DNA of 60,746 bases, filler included, from Sphacelaria rigidula (lineage: Eukaryota): assembly GCA_964200075.2 (NCBI GenBank). It is 5 parts of 5 records of this genome, joined end to end, with 100 filler letters (N's around TTAATTAATTAA, not from the genome) between each part and the next. Parts side by side here need not be neighbours in the genome. Positions count along the whole stretch, not along the records: positions 48,679 to 60,746 come from CAXNAA020004164.1; 4 more parts are not named here. One strand, given 5' to 3'. The position numbers and the translations under genes were made by a program. Positions 50,338-60,746 of the stretch are shown here, piece after piece. Under the pieces are notes generated by a model, which did not search any database, had not been told where the DNA came from, and saw only the letters and a list, made by a program, of their open reading frames with translations. The first letter of the stretch is position 1. Every line of letters begins with the position of its first letter.

Positions 50338-51918
50338 TCAGCAAGATGGGGGCGGAGTTACCAACTCTGACTTGAACGCGACGTCCGGTGCGGGGGGCAC
50401 GATGCCTTCCGCGCCGCATTGGGGTTCCATCACCAGGGGTCCACCGTGAGAGAGGTCGACTTTTAAAGAGACCCTCCTAGCGTTCACGCCGCCATCATCG
50501 CCCCGAACAAGGCTGCTTGCACCGGAAGCCACAGCGGGTGAGGTTCGCCTTCGCTTGATACCAACATTAGGGCTGCTTTGTGTTGCCTCGTCGTCGCACT
50601 TCACACGCACTCCGGGTGCCATAGATACAGCGTCAAGCCTGTCCGCAGGACCTTTGCACACCGGCAGAGCTGAGATGCCAGTGCGCGCGATCTTCGGAAG
50701 TCGAGTACTGCCGATGCTGTTTTCAGCACACGGTGGACCGCTTGGACGACAGGACACTACTTCGGGTCCATTGCATTCGCTACGACCGCCTCCACGCTCA
50801 GTAAGTGGAGACCTGGGTGTTTTACTATTTCTACTTCCGGGTCGAGATCCTCGACGGTTGACCTTCACCATGCCCTCGGTCGCGTGCTCGGAGCAAACCT
50901 CCGCCTTTTTGCTCCCACTGACACCGTACAACCGCTTATTAGGACAACCCTCGTGCCTACACATACCATTCACGACGTTCACCCAACCTTGCCTCGCGTG
51001 CATACTGCAGGATTGGGCTTTGAAACCTTGTGCTGCGGCGTACGACGGCATGATCGAACAGCCCTTCGTGTTGCAGGTCGCTTTTTTCACATTGATCATC
51101 CCTGGGGAGGCATGCTGACGGCAGTACTCTGCGTTCTTATTACCTTGGATACCGTACGACGGCTGCGTCACGCAGCCTTGGCGAAGGCACCGCTTGCTCC
51201 TCAAGTTGATCATCTGCGCACTTGCGTGCTTGGCGCAAACCCGTGTTTCTCTAGGGGTGCCAGGGACACCGAATGACGGCCATGTTGAACACCCTTCTCG
51301 AGCGCAGGTGAGGCTCATGACGTCCACCATCCCCGGCGCAGCGTGTTTGGAGCAGTACTCCGCCTTCCTGGTGCCGCTAATACCAAACGACGGTTGTTTC
51401 AAACAGCCATCGTCGGCACACGTTCTTTGGAAATGGTTACGAACCGTTCCTTCTTTGGCGTGCGCAGCACAGTATCTCAGCGACGTATTGCCCTTTATAT
51501 GGAGAAACCCGAACGTTGAGCACCCTTGGTGGAAGCACCTCATCGTTTCACGTTGTACCCTCACCATGCCTTGGATCATGTGTTGAGCACAGTACTCCGC
51601 GATTGTGGTTCCTGCTACACCATGCGATGGGCGGTTGGAACAATCTTCGTTGGCACACTTCTTGTTCATCACGCCCACCACGGGTTCGCCGGCTCGTAGC
51701 GCACAGAACTCTGGCTCTTTGGCAGGCGCGATGTCGAGGCAAGGGAACTTCGAGCAACCTCTTTGACCGCACGTGTGAGGTGGTTTCTCCGTTGGTTGGT
51801 GTGCAAGAACGACGTCCAGCCTTTCCGTGCGCACTTGGGGTTTGCCTGGGTCGACGACGTGTGATCCATGGGAAAAGGTGATGATAAGGTGTGCTGTAGC
51901 TAATATGGCTGCACTCAT
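50338..51918 (-). CDS. EsV-1-7 cysteine-rich repeat protein (8 repeats) with low-complexity C-terminus
   Basis: 526-aa ORF with eight ~38-40 aa repeats of pattern Cx4Cx3PS[FY]Gx2Gx4[EY]xCx2Hx3GM[VI]xV (e.g. CADDGCLKQPSFGISGTRKAEYCSKHAAPGMVDV), matching the EsV-1-7 motif of phaeoviruses and brown algae. The first repeat is degenerate. The true 5' end may be a splice acceptor near 51847 rather than the ATG at 51918. Confidence 0.9.
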   Translation of the reverse strand: MSAAILATAHLIITFSHGSHVVDPGKPQVRTERLDVVLAHQPTEKPPHTCGQRGCSKFPCLDIAPAKEPEFCALRAGEPVVGVMNKKCANEDCSNRPSHGVAGTTIAEYCAQHMIQGMVRVQRETMRCFHQGCSTFGFLHIKGNTSLRYCAAHAKEGTVRNHFQRTCADDGCLKQPSFGISGTRKAEYCSKHAAPGMVDVMSLTCAREGCSTWPSFGVPGTPRETRVCAKHASAQMINLRSKRCLRQGCVTQPSYGIQGNKNAEYCRQHASPGMINVKKATCNTKGCSIMPSYAAAQGFKAQSCSMHARQGWVNVVNGMCRHEGCPNKRLYGVSGSKKAEVCSEHATEGMVKVNRRGSRPGSRNSKTPRSPLTERGGGRSECNGPEVVSCRPSGPPCAENSIGSTRLPKIARTGISALPVCKGPADRLDAVSMAPGVRVKCDDEATQSSPNVGIKRRRTSPAVASGASSLVRGDDGGVNARRVSLKVDLSHGGPLVMEPQCGAEGIVPPAPDVAFKSELVTPPPSC

Positions 51919-51960
51919 TTAGAGCATGATTTTCATCACGCTTCAGATGATGGAAACGTT

Positions 51961-52543
51961 CAAGGTTGTGTTCTGCAGGGTACGGGTATGTCCTGCAGTG
52001 TATGCGATTACTTACAGAACTTACAGGAGTATCCCGTACCGGTGTGAAAGTCTTACACAAGTCAGGGAACTTGTTGGGGACGGTATGGGAGGCCTACAGA
52101 AAAACCGTGCCAGCAATCGGGTATTTCTTCTAGAGCATACTCGTGCTCCGGGTACGGGTGAAACTTCTGTACAGAACTCACAGAACTTGTCGGGTAAGGG
52201 TATGGAAGGCTCACAGAACTCACAGAACCTGTTGGGTAAGGCATGTAGGTTGCACAGAAAACCGAACCCCCAACCGGGTATCTCATCAAGAGCATACCCG
52301 TGCCCCCCGGTAACGGTACGGGAGGCTGGCAGAACTCACGGAACCATTGGGTGAGGGTATGGAAGGATCACAGAGGTTACAGAACTCTTGGGTATCGGTA
52401 TGAAAGTCTTACAGACTCAAAAAAACTGTCGAGTACCGGTGTGAAAGTCTTACAGAAGTCACAGAACTGTGTAAGTGACGGTAAATTCCCGGGGAAATAC
52501 CCGGGTTATACAGAAAAACGTACACTTTCAGAACATAACCTTG
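51961..52543. mobile_element. Non-autonomous TIR element with internal (CTT/CTC)ACAGAAC minisatellite
   Basis: 15-bp TIR CAAGGTTGTGTTCTG / CAGAACATAACCTTG with repeated ACAGAACT..GGGTA blocks inside. TSD not evident. Confidence 0.75.
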
Positions 52544-52605
52544 ATAGTATAAATCACCCTGTGGTGGGACCTACGTCACTGCAGTGGCGGACCACAGATG
52601 ACAGT

Positions 52606-52900
52606 TCACGAAAACTCTGCACGGCTCCACGGAGTTGACAGAGAGAGACTGCACGAACACTCGCAGTAGTACATGTGCAGGGGATCGTCACGATCTATCG
52701 ACTTCACGTACACTCCCAGAGAGCACATGAAGGAGCATTCATGGCTGCCCGCTCTCTGGAAGCCCTTTGGCACGACCAAATAGTCGACGGCCTTGACGAC
52801 TTCCGATAGCAGTTCATACTCTTTGCTGTGCATGACCATGACACCACCATCAACGTCGATGATTGTGTTCTGCTACTCGATCCCCAGGTGGCGCAGATGA
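52606..52900 (-). pseudogene. Decayed coding fragment, possibly the N-terminus of a DNA-transposon protein
   Basis: Protein-like frame (..EYELLSEVVKAVDYLVVPKGF..SFMCSLGVYVKSIDRDDPLHMYYC) interrupted by upstream stops, between two MITE copies. Family assignment is only a recollection and is unverified. Confidence 0.2.
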
Positions 52901-53132
52901 ACCGCCACCGCTCAAGCCACCACTCGAGTGTGGGGGTGATGTATCGTGGCGGTCTGCAGTGCTGCTTATGTTTCGTGTTTCCACCCAGCAGCACCTCGTA
53001 TCCCGTCAGATTCCAAACTAGACAACTTTTCAACATTCAACGTTTATTGTGCAGTTTTGAATGACGGAGTTGGATGGGTTGATCGATGGGAAGTACATGT
53101 TGTTTTTGCATTGAACCTATATCCATACCTCC

Positions 53133-53718
53133 CCAAGGTGTATACCTGCGCTCGTACTTGCTCTCAGGTGTATCTGCAACGGTATACCCTGACCCCGGGG
53201 AGGGGCATGGCTGGCTTGGAGAGCTCACAGAACTGTCGGGTACCGGTACTGGATGAAAGCCTCACAGAAATTATAGAACTTGTAGGGCACGGTGTGCGAG
53301 GCTTACAGAAAAACTGTGCCGGCAATCGGGTATTTCTTCAAGAGCATACCCGCGCTCCGGGTACGGGTAAACCTTCTGGAACTTGTCGGGTAAGGGTATG
53401 GGAAGCTTATAGAACTCAGAGAAACTGTTGGGTAGGGTATGGAGGTTGCACAGAAAACCACACCAGCAACCGGGTTTCATATCAAGAGCGTACCCATGCT
53501 CCCCAGTAGCGCCAGGGGAGGCTTACAGAACTCACAGAACTATCAGGTAAGGGTATGAAAGTCTCAGACATTACAGAACTGTCAGATACCGGTATGAAAG
53601 TCTCAGAGATCATAGAACTGTCGAGTACTGGTACGAAAGTTTTGCAGAAGTCACAGGACTGTCGGGTGCCGTAAATCCTAGGGAGAATACCCCGGGTATA
53701 CGGAAAATCGTGCCTTGG
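53133..53718. mobile_element. Second copy of the ACAGAAC-minisatellite element
   Basis: Collinear with 51961-52543 (e.g. GCAATCGGGTATTTCTTC..AGAGCATAC..GCTCCGGGTACGGGT), ends CCAAGG..CCTTGG. Confidence 0.7.
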
Positions 53719-55331
53719 CAAAGCTATCCAAAAATCGAGCAAATAGTGCATGCGTTTCGTCATTGAGGCCGGACGACCGAACATACGAGGGAGCTATGGC
53801 ATGAAATTCAGTATTGCTCGTGTACTGCTTTGAACTCACTGATTTCTCGACAAAGGTGTGATGGAGCCTACACATTTTTCTCCGAAACCATCGCGCTCAA
53901 CACGACACCGTGGCACACGAACCCCCTTCACACAAGCGCTCTGGGATGTACAGTAGGTGACCACGAAGTGCCCGGGGCCGACACCCGCAATATATATCAT
54001 AGCGCGAGCGTCGGCTTCGAGGAACAACCGGGTGGGCGCAAGTTTTACTGCTGAGAAAGAGAACACTAAACAAAGTACACGATATGCCACGCTGATTGAA
54101 AATTTACGATCGTTTCTACGCAAATTATAACTGGTGGCGTTCTCAACCTCGTTCCCATCTTGATGTGCGTTGTCATATCATCCGAAGTCGAGTGTATTTG
54201 GGCAACAAGCGTTAATCTTGTCCACGGGCAGCACGCCCCCAGGACACTATCGTTGTCAACAGATCCAAAGTCGCACAAGCGTTCCGACATGTGCAGGTGT
54301 CCGCCTTGACAGCGGGACGGCACCTACAACAAGACACAAACCACACGGAAAGTATCACTTCGGACAAAAGGCTGAGACGTTCGAGTTGTTCCTCGGAGAT
54401 GGACAGGTGAAATGCGCATCTGTACTTAACGTTTGTTGACGTGGATCTGAGTAGACCCGCGTCTAGACTATTTTCAGCATATTTTCATACAGTCTAGACA
54501 AGCGTCATTCTTCAATGAGCAATCATCCCCGAGAGCTGCGACTCTCTGAGAACCGCCTCGTGCACCACCTTCCCCGAAGCGCCAGCTAGATAGCTACCAA
54601 ACCTGATCTCGGAGCGCACAATATCATTTCTTGGAGCAGCGAAATGACACTCAAACCGTAGAACGCGACTCAGTCACAAGTAGAGCTCATTGACATTCCA
54701 AACAAAAATATTCCGTAATTTTTCATGCCTTCAACCGCCAATGTGCCGAATATTTAGACACAAATGATGCGGTTGGAGGCACACTATGACATGTACACGG
54801 CACGAGGAGATTTGAGACGTGTTGTGTGTCATTTCAAGGCTGACGATCACAACTGTCCTGCGACGCACGTCTCGCGTTCCACGAATAAGTACTACCCTCA
54901 TGGCGAGCGAGAGCATGAAAAATAGGACACTGCTTCTCTCGGCCTTGTTTGGGAGCAAATCTGCTCTACTCTATTGGCTCCGTGAGTTGCGTCTGTGAGT
55001 GGTGCATTGCTCTGAGTGCGACGTACTGTTCGGAAAAGGGCGTTCACTGTACAGTACTGCAGCACACAGCAACCATTCGCCACGCTCCCATCTGTCGATC
55101 TGTCGTGAGGAGTGGTGGGTACACATGTTGATATTGGGCGTGAAATCGGCGGGCTCCGTACTACACTAAACTACACATTACCCATATTTCGGCGGAATAT
55201 CCGACTTTTTCGTGCAAATCGTGAGCGAGCCTGTTTGTTCGTGCTCGAATCGACTCTACTCTGCTCCTTCATGCGGTCAATTCCACTTGATGTTTGTTGC
55301 ATGATTGTTGCATGGGTGCAGTGCAGCCGCC

Positions 55332-55630
55332 GCGCTCCGGTGGTGTAAATTAAAATGGTCGAACTGGCGCCATCTGAGTGGAGAGAACGCGGGCTATTTC
55401 CCCGCCAGATGCGTTTACGCTTCTCCTTTGAAGTCTTACAGTGATTTCCGCCGTTATGAGCATGAGGACGTGCGTGAGTAGACAAAAAAAAAGTTCGCTT
55501 CAGTTTGTTTCATGAGAGATGACGCGGTGCGGGAGTGCTGCTTCAATCCGAGGGAAATGCAAGGCGTGTACCATTGAGAGATGGCTTGATCCCTTGAGAC
55601 CACCGACTCGTCCCGAGGAAAGGCACGGCT
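55332..55630 (+). mobile_element. SINE family B copy
   Basis: Head GCTCCGGTGGTGTAAA.. and core TTGATCCCTTGAGACCACCGACTCGTCCCGAGGAA, homologous to the reverse complement of 27170-27456. Confidence 0.65.
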
Positions 55631-58119
55631 TGAAAGTGTCACGAAGAAAAGTAAACAGGTGTCACTACTCGGGGGAAAAAATGCTAGTGAAAATGGTTCA
55701 GCTGGCAAGATTTCTTCGGAGGGTACAATTCTCAGTGACCGGCGTGGTAGAATGGGATGATTTCTTCCTGAGGAGCGCACAACTGGGGTTTGGTACACCA
55801 CCATGTGTGCCCATCACAGACGTGATCGCACGGGCCTGGATCATGTCCCGTCGTCTGTTGAGAGTAGTTTGATTCAAGCTCTCATGTTAAATGATAATTG
55901 AGTGCCCGCATACTTACGCCATCTTCAAGAGGCGTCTGCTGAATGCGTGCATCGTGTGCTCATTTTCTACAGGAGGTGTTTTTCCCCACACAAGTACAGT
56001 CACTATTCCAGAATGGCGGCAATAAATCCCAAAAAACGACTGGTAACAGTGCCATAGAGCACGCGAGCACTCTAGCTTATAGATTGAGCGCAGACTTCTC
56101 TCGTACGTGTGAATGACAACTGCGCCGCACGATGCAAGAAACAATTTTACCACTTTTACTCTTGCAATATCAGCACTCATTCATTTCGGTCTATCCACAA
56201 AGTAGGCGACGCGGACGCTCGAGTATTAGTGCTTCACTGTGACGAACGCCCCAGAAAAGATCCCCCAAGCGCTTCGCAGTCAGTCAAACAGGTCGCTACA
56301 AACGATACATTCTCTCGCGTTTTCTTCAATCTTTTTGTCATTTTCTATGCAGTATATCACTTCGGCACTCTTCATTTACAGCACCACATGCATGGACTTT
56401 TGTTCCCACCCGTTCCCGTTTTCATTTCACGTTCAAAAATGTGCAGAGCCCCGAAACACAGTACGGATGTTTGTTCATTGCACCTGTCGGCGCAGGCACA
56501 CCGCCCGCGAGACTCAACACATGACAGCAGTCCATTGTAATGTAGCTGTGCGTGCTTCTTTGGGAGTGTTCGTGCTTTACAGTGTGGAAGCTTTGGGATT
56601 CGCAATATCGACACGTGAAAATGTGTTATGGGATGTCGTACGTGGAGACACTGTGAGGGTAAAGTTGTGCCGGCTCGGCTCCGAAATCCGATGGTTGACA
56701 ATTCAAGTATTCATAATATCGTTTCACACCATAACATTCGGACATTTAGGGGTCTCACAGACTCAAGCACTCCTTCAGAGTGTGCGCAGCATGCACACAA
56801 CACGTCTTAGAAAGGGGCCGATTTGAGTCAGGCCCCGATTTGAGCCAAATACAGAGCAGTTTCCCTAGGGCACATGAACAACATGCACCCTGGTTGACCG
56901 AGGGATGTCGATCTGCCTTAGCTTGGAATTTGGGTCAGAGTTGCCGTCACGGTCTGACAAATCAAAACGTATTGAAACAATCGATTTCGGAGCCGAACTG
57001 GGAGGGGCTCTTGAGGAAACAGCCGAAAGCAACACTTGAGGCGTACGAAGCCAACGCATGCATAATGCTAACGCTGACCCTAACGATATGAAGTGTGATG
57101 ACATAGTTTCCGTCCCTGAGTCGATCACATGTGCCAAACATGTATTTTGTGTTCAACAAGTGCTTTCGGCTGTTTTGTAACCTTGTAGCCTCTACTGAAC
57201 CTGGGGAAAGCTCGCCTTGAGAATGGTGGTATGGTTACCATGAATCGTGTTCTTCAATTCCCCTTCTATTTTTGAGGGTCGACTTAGGCGTACTCATGTT
57301 GCTCGCTCAAAATATATTGCACACGCGACGCGTCGACATATTGAGCGGGCAATATATATTACAAAATGTATTGCACATTTTCGACCGATATGCGGGAAAA
57401 TGTGGCGTAATGTAGACACTGATCCGCCTGACCAAATTTTCATCAGCAGCAGGCATGATACCTCTCGCGTCCCCGGGGGTATATTTACTGGTAAGTTTCA
57501 CGCCAAGGAGCGGTAGTACATAACACCACGCCTGAGCATATTTGAGGAGATGAAATCATTCTTTCCTGAGGGTGGGAGCGGTGGAGGGTTATCATAAATC
57601 AATAGAGTATATCATAGCAGTTATAGTGAAATAGTTGTCGGCGTGCACACTGGGGGAATTGTTTCAACATGTAATTCATTGATTTTATTGCTAATTATCC
57701 TTTGTTTGCACTCGAAGGTACTAGTTGATAGATATTGCGAAATTAAAAAAGGTGCTCAGAACACAGTCCCCAAGTTGGTATTGTCGGGGTGATACGGAGT
57801 GAAGACCTCGTTATCAGGAGGGTGTCATTAACCCTCAGTGAGCCAGGAAACACCGTTTTTCGAATCTAGCGCAATGAACAGATAGGATGGGTTTTTTTTC
57901 AATAGTAATGTTCACGAGAACGATTGAGATTGGTTCAATCGGGCAAAAATACCAAAGATTCAGGGCCTGAGGCTGTGTAGTCGCAGGACAACCGAAAACT
58001 GCCCCACTTATAAATCGCTCAATATTGAGTGCAGAAACGATTTTTTTCGGAATGTGAAGCGGATATATTGGTATTTCCCGATCCCCAAACTTTTGGATTG
58101 AACGTGCCACGCGTTGGAC

Positions 58120-59010
58120 AGCTCATGAGCTAGCTCATCTGGGGACGTAACTCACCTGTAGTCAAACATGTACATGTGAGCTACGTCCCATAACTCACCC
58201 AAGGTAAACGTGCGCTGATGAACTGCGGGTCGATAGCTCACCCAGGATAAACGTACGTAGCTCATGCAGCTCTCACAGCTCTCACAGCTCACCCAGGGAG
58301 AATATGAGCTGATGAGCTACGGGCTTACCCAGGACAAACATGCGTCGCTCATGTAGCTCTCACAGCTCACCCAAGGAGAAAATGAGTTGGTGAGCTACGG
58401 GTTGGTAGCTCACCTAGGACAAGCGTGCGTAGCTCATGTAGCTCTCAAAGCTTACCCAGAGCGAATATGAGCTGATCAGCAACGGGTTGGTAGGTCATCC
58501 AACGCAAAAATGCATAGCTCAGCTAGCTCTTGTAGCTCACCCAGGACGAAAGATGTGTCGCTCACGCAGCTGTTGTAACTCACCCAGGAAAATATACATC
58601 CGGATGAGCTATGCAGGGCAGGTTTTGCATGTATGTGGTCGTGTGCGGGTGTGGTGACTACGGTGTGAATGGCTTCCGATGCGGTCATGTGGATGTTTAC
58701 AAAAGGCAAATCATCGCTGCTGAAAACGGAACACAGGTGAGTGCAAATGTAACCGTTTTCACCTATCAACGTGCATGAGCATCGGAACAGAAACAACTCC
58801 AAAATCGGGATAGCTCCCGCAGCTCTGTAGCTCAACCAGAGCGATTACGTGTAGGTCACCCACCTCAAATAGCTCACCCAGGGCGAATATGAGCTGATGA
58901 GCTACGGATTGGTAGCTCACCTACGCCAAAATGTGCGTAGTTCATGCAGCTCTCATAGCTCACTACTCGTAGGGCCCTACGCTGAGAAAGAGCTAGCTCG
59001 AGCTACGGGG
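58120..59010. repeat. AGCT-rich minisatellite (~80-bp degenerate units)
   Basis: Recurring AGCTCACCCAGG..GTAGCTCATGTAGCTCTCACAGCTC..ATATGAGCTGATGAGCTACGGG, interrupted by unique sequence at ~58620-58810. Confidence 0.8.
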
Positions 59011-60746
59011 AGCTGATCTTTCCGACGTGTGAAACGTTCACGCGTTGGCACGTGAAACATCTGCGAAAAAATGCGAAACATGCACGATCACAAACTTCGC
59101 CCAGTTTTCCCGTCGACAACTGTATCTTCTTCATACCCAGGGGTATCTTCCTTGGTACGCATCACGCATAAACGTTAAGTAACATCCCCATGAGCATTTT
59201 CGAACGCAGAAATTGAACGATTTCATCGCCGGGTTGAGGTGACAGGCTGTAGCGATCATTGCGGCAGGATATAAGCGTTCAAGTGATTACTTTCCGGTCC
59301 TGACGGGCATCGCCATTCGCGCTTTATGGGCCAAAACGGTAGATAACAGCCTCCGAAGCGTGTTTGGAGAAGGGAGGAAATTATGCCTTTCCCGGGGTGT
59401 AAAGGTGGGGGGGCATCATAAATTAATTGTCTAGGACATGGTAGATGGAGTGATGACTCTCTCGTCCCCAGGGACATCGTCCTTTGTACGCTACTGGTCA
59501 GAACATCAGATACCACTCCTCCTGAGCATGTGTGAGGAGGGGATGAAACGAAATTGTACCAAGGGTGTCAGGGTGAGGGGTCATCGTTAACTATATGGGT
59601 AGGGTTGAAGCATGCTGGTGATACCATTCTGGTCCCGGCTGGCATCGTCGTTCGTAAATTAAGCGCTAAAACGGTAGATGACAGACCCCTCAGCGTTTTC
59701 GGGCAGGGGATAAAATCATTGCATCCTCGGTGTTGGGCCAGCTTTTACGGCAGTCACCAATCTCGATTTGTACGCAGATCGCGGGACCAAAAATCGGGAA
59801 ACGCATTTTATGGGCTCCAATCTGGGCCAAATCGAGGAAGCGAAAATCGGAATGTCACGCTTTGAGAACGAGTGTTCCCGGTTTCTCGCAAAAATCGCTG
59901 AGGTCCTCCCGATCTTGAGAAAGGTGACGTACATATATTGTTTTTCCTCAAACAATCTTTAATTCATTAATTAATCGATCATTGACATACGATGGTAGTG
60001 AAAGAGGCGTTTGATATTTTTGCAAGCGCAGCAGAAGGCAGTCTCGTGACAGCGCAGGGCGTGCCTGCCGGCGCCAGCTACTGAAGTAGCTTCGCATGGG
60101 GTTTGACAAGCGGATGACAAGTGTTGATGCCGTACCCTTCGGCGATGGTAATATTCGATGCTGCACTGCGCTGCCAGATGTATTGCCATAACGAACGGTA
60201 CTGTACTATCCTAGTCTGTTGTCGCTGTACTTGAAGGTGATGTCTGGCACTGCACTACTGAACTCTTCTCGCACACTGTTCACTGTTCTCGCAATACCGA
60301 CTGTGCCATCATGTTCTCACCACACGGCATTATCATATACTGTAATGATGGAATGCCCTGCTCTGCATTACCCTAGGGTACCATGGTACGACACTGTACT
60401 CGGAGGATAATTCACCGCCTGCCTGCTCTTCGGCTTCACGAGTGTCCGATACCACCCTCGTGCAGAAAATGTAAGTGCACGGAACTATTTCACGAATCTG
60501 TTAGACAATAAAACGCTCCTCACGGATCTGAGTTTCGCAAATATGAGTCCGCCCGATTTTGAACAAGTTGGAGTCTCCAACGAATCGAGCTTCGTTCCCA
60601 TCAAGTCTGTCTACGAGGGATGAAGTATCACCTCACGTCCGTACACTGGGGCGTAGTTATTGTAGCGATATCTTCCACAGGCACCGTAGGTAAGGTACCG
60701 TACCGAGCGTACCCCCGGTATTTACCGGGGTATCCCATACCGTGGT

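Noticed and set aside
55700-57050. Possible multi-exon minus-strand gene
   Set aside because: Several exon-like segments could not be joined into a consistent stop-free frame.
58300-58920. Hammerhead in the AGCT repeat (CTGATGAG present)
   Set aside because: The stem after CTGATGA is followed by TCAC rather than GAAA, so it is a simple palindrome.

Overview
Eukaryotic DNA, most likely from a brown alga (Phaeophyceae), judged from the EsV-1-7 repeat gene, a brown-algal-type 5S sequence and intron-rich genes with GT-AG splicing. The window is not one locus. It is five contigs of 12071, 12070, 12069, 12068 and 12068 bp, apparently sorted by length and joined by 100-bp N spacers carrying a TTAATTAATTAA linker, so no synteny can be inferred across spacers. 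Contig 1 holds the 5' part of a multi-exon P4-type phospholipid flippase ATPase. Contig 2 holds nine exons of an axonemal dynein heavy chain (DNAH2/I1-beta-like, minus strand) with a probable GC-AG intron and an intronic 5S rRNA-headed element. Contig 3 holds a Cys-rich exon, tRNA-headed SINEs and a ~3.9-kb SINE-derived tandem array built from two unit types. Contig 4 holds a low-complexity exon ending in an RVxF-like motif. Contig 5 holds an 8-repeat EsV-1-7 protein gene among several MITEs. The most unusual elements are the chimeric SINE satellite, a candidate 5S-derived SINE sharing a 3' tail motif with the array, and MITEs with GAG termini and 4-bp target-site duplications (Sola2-like).
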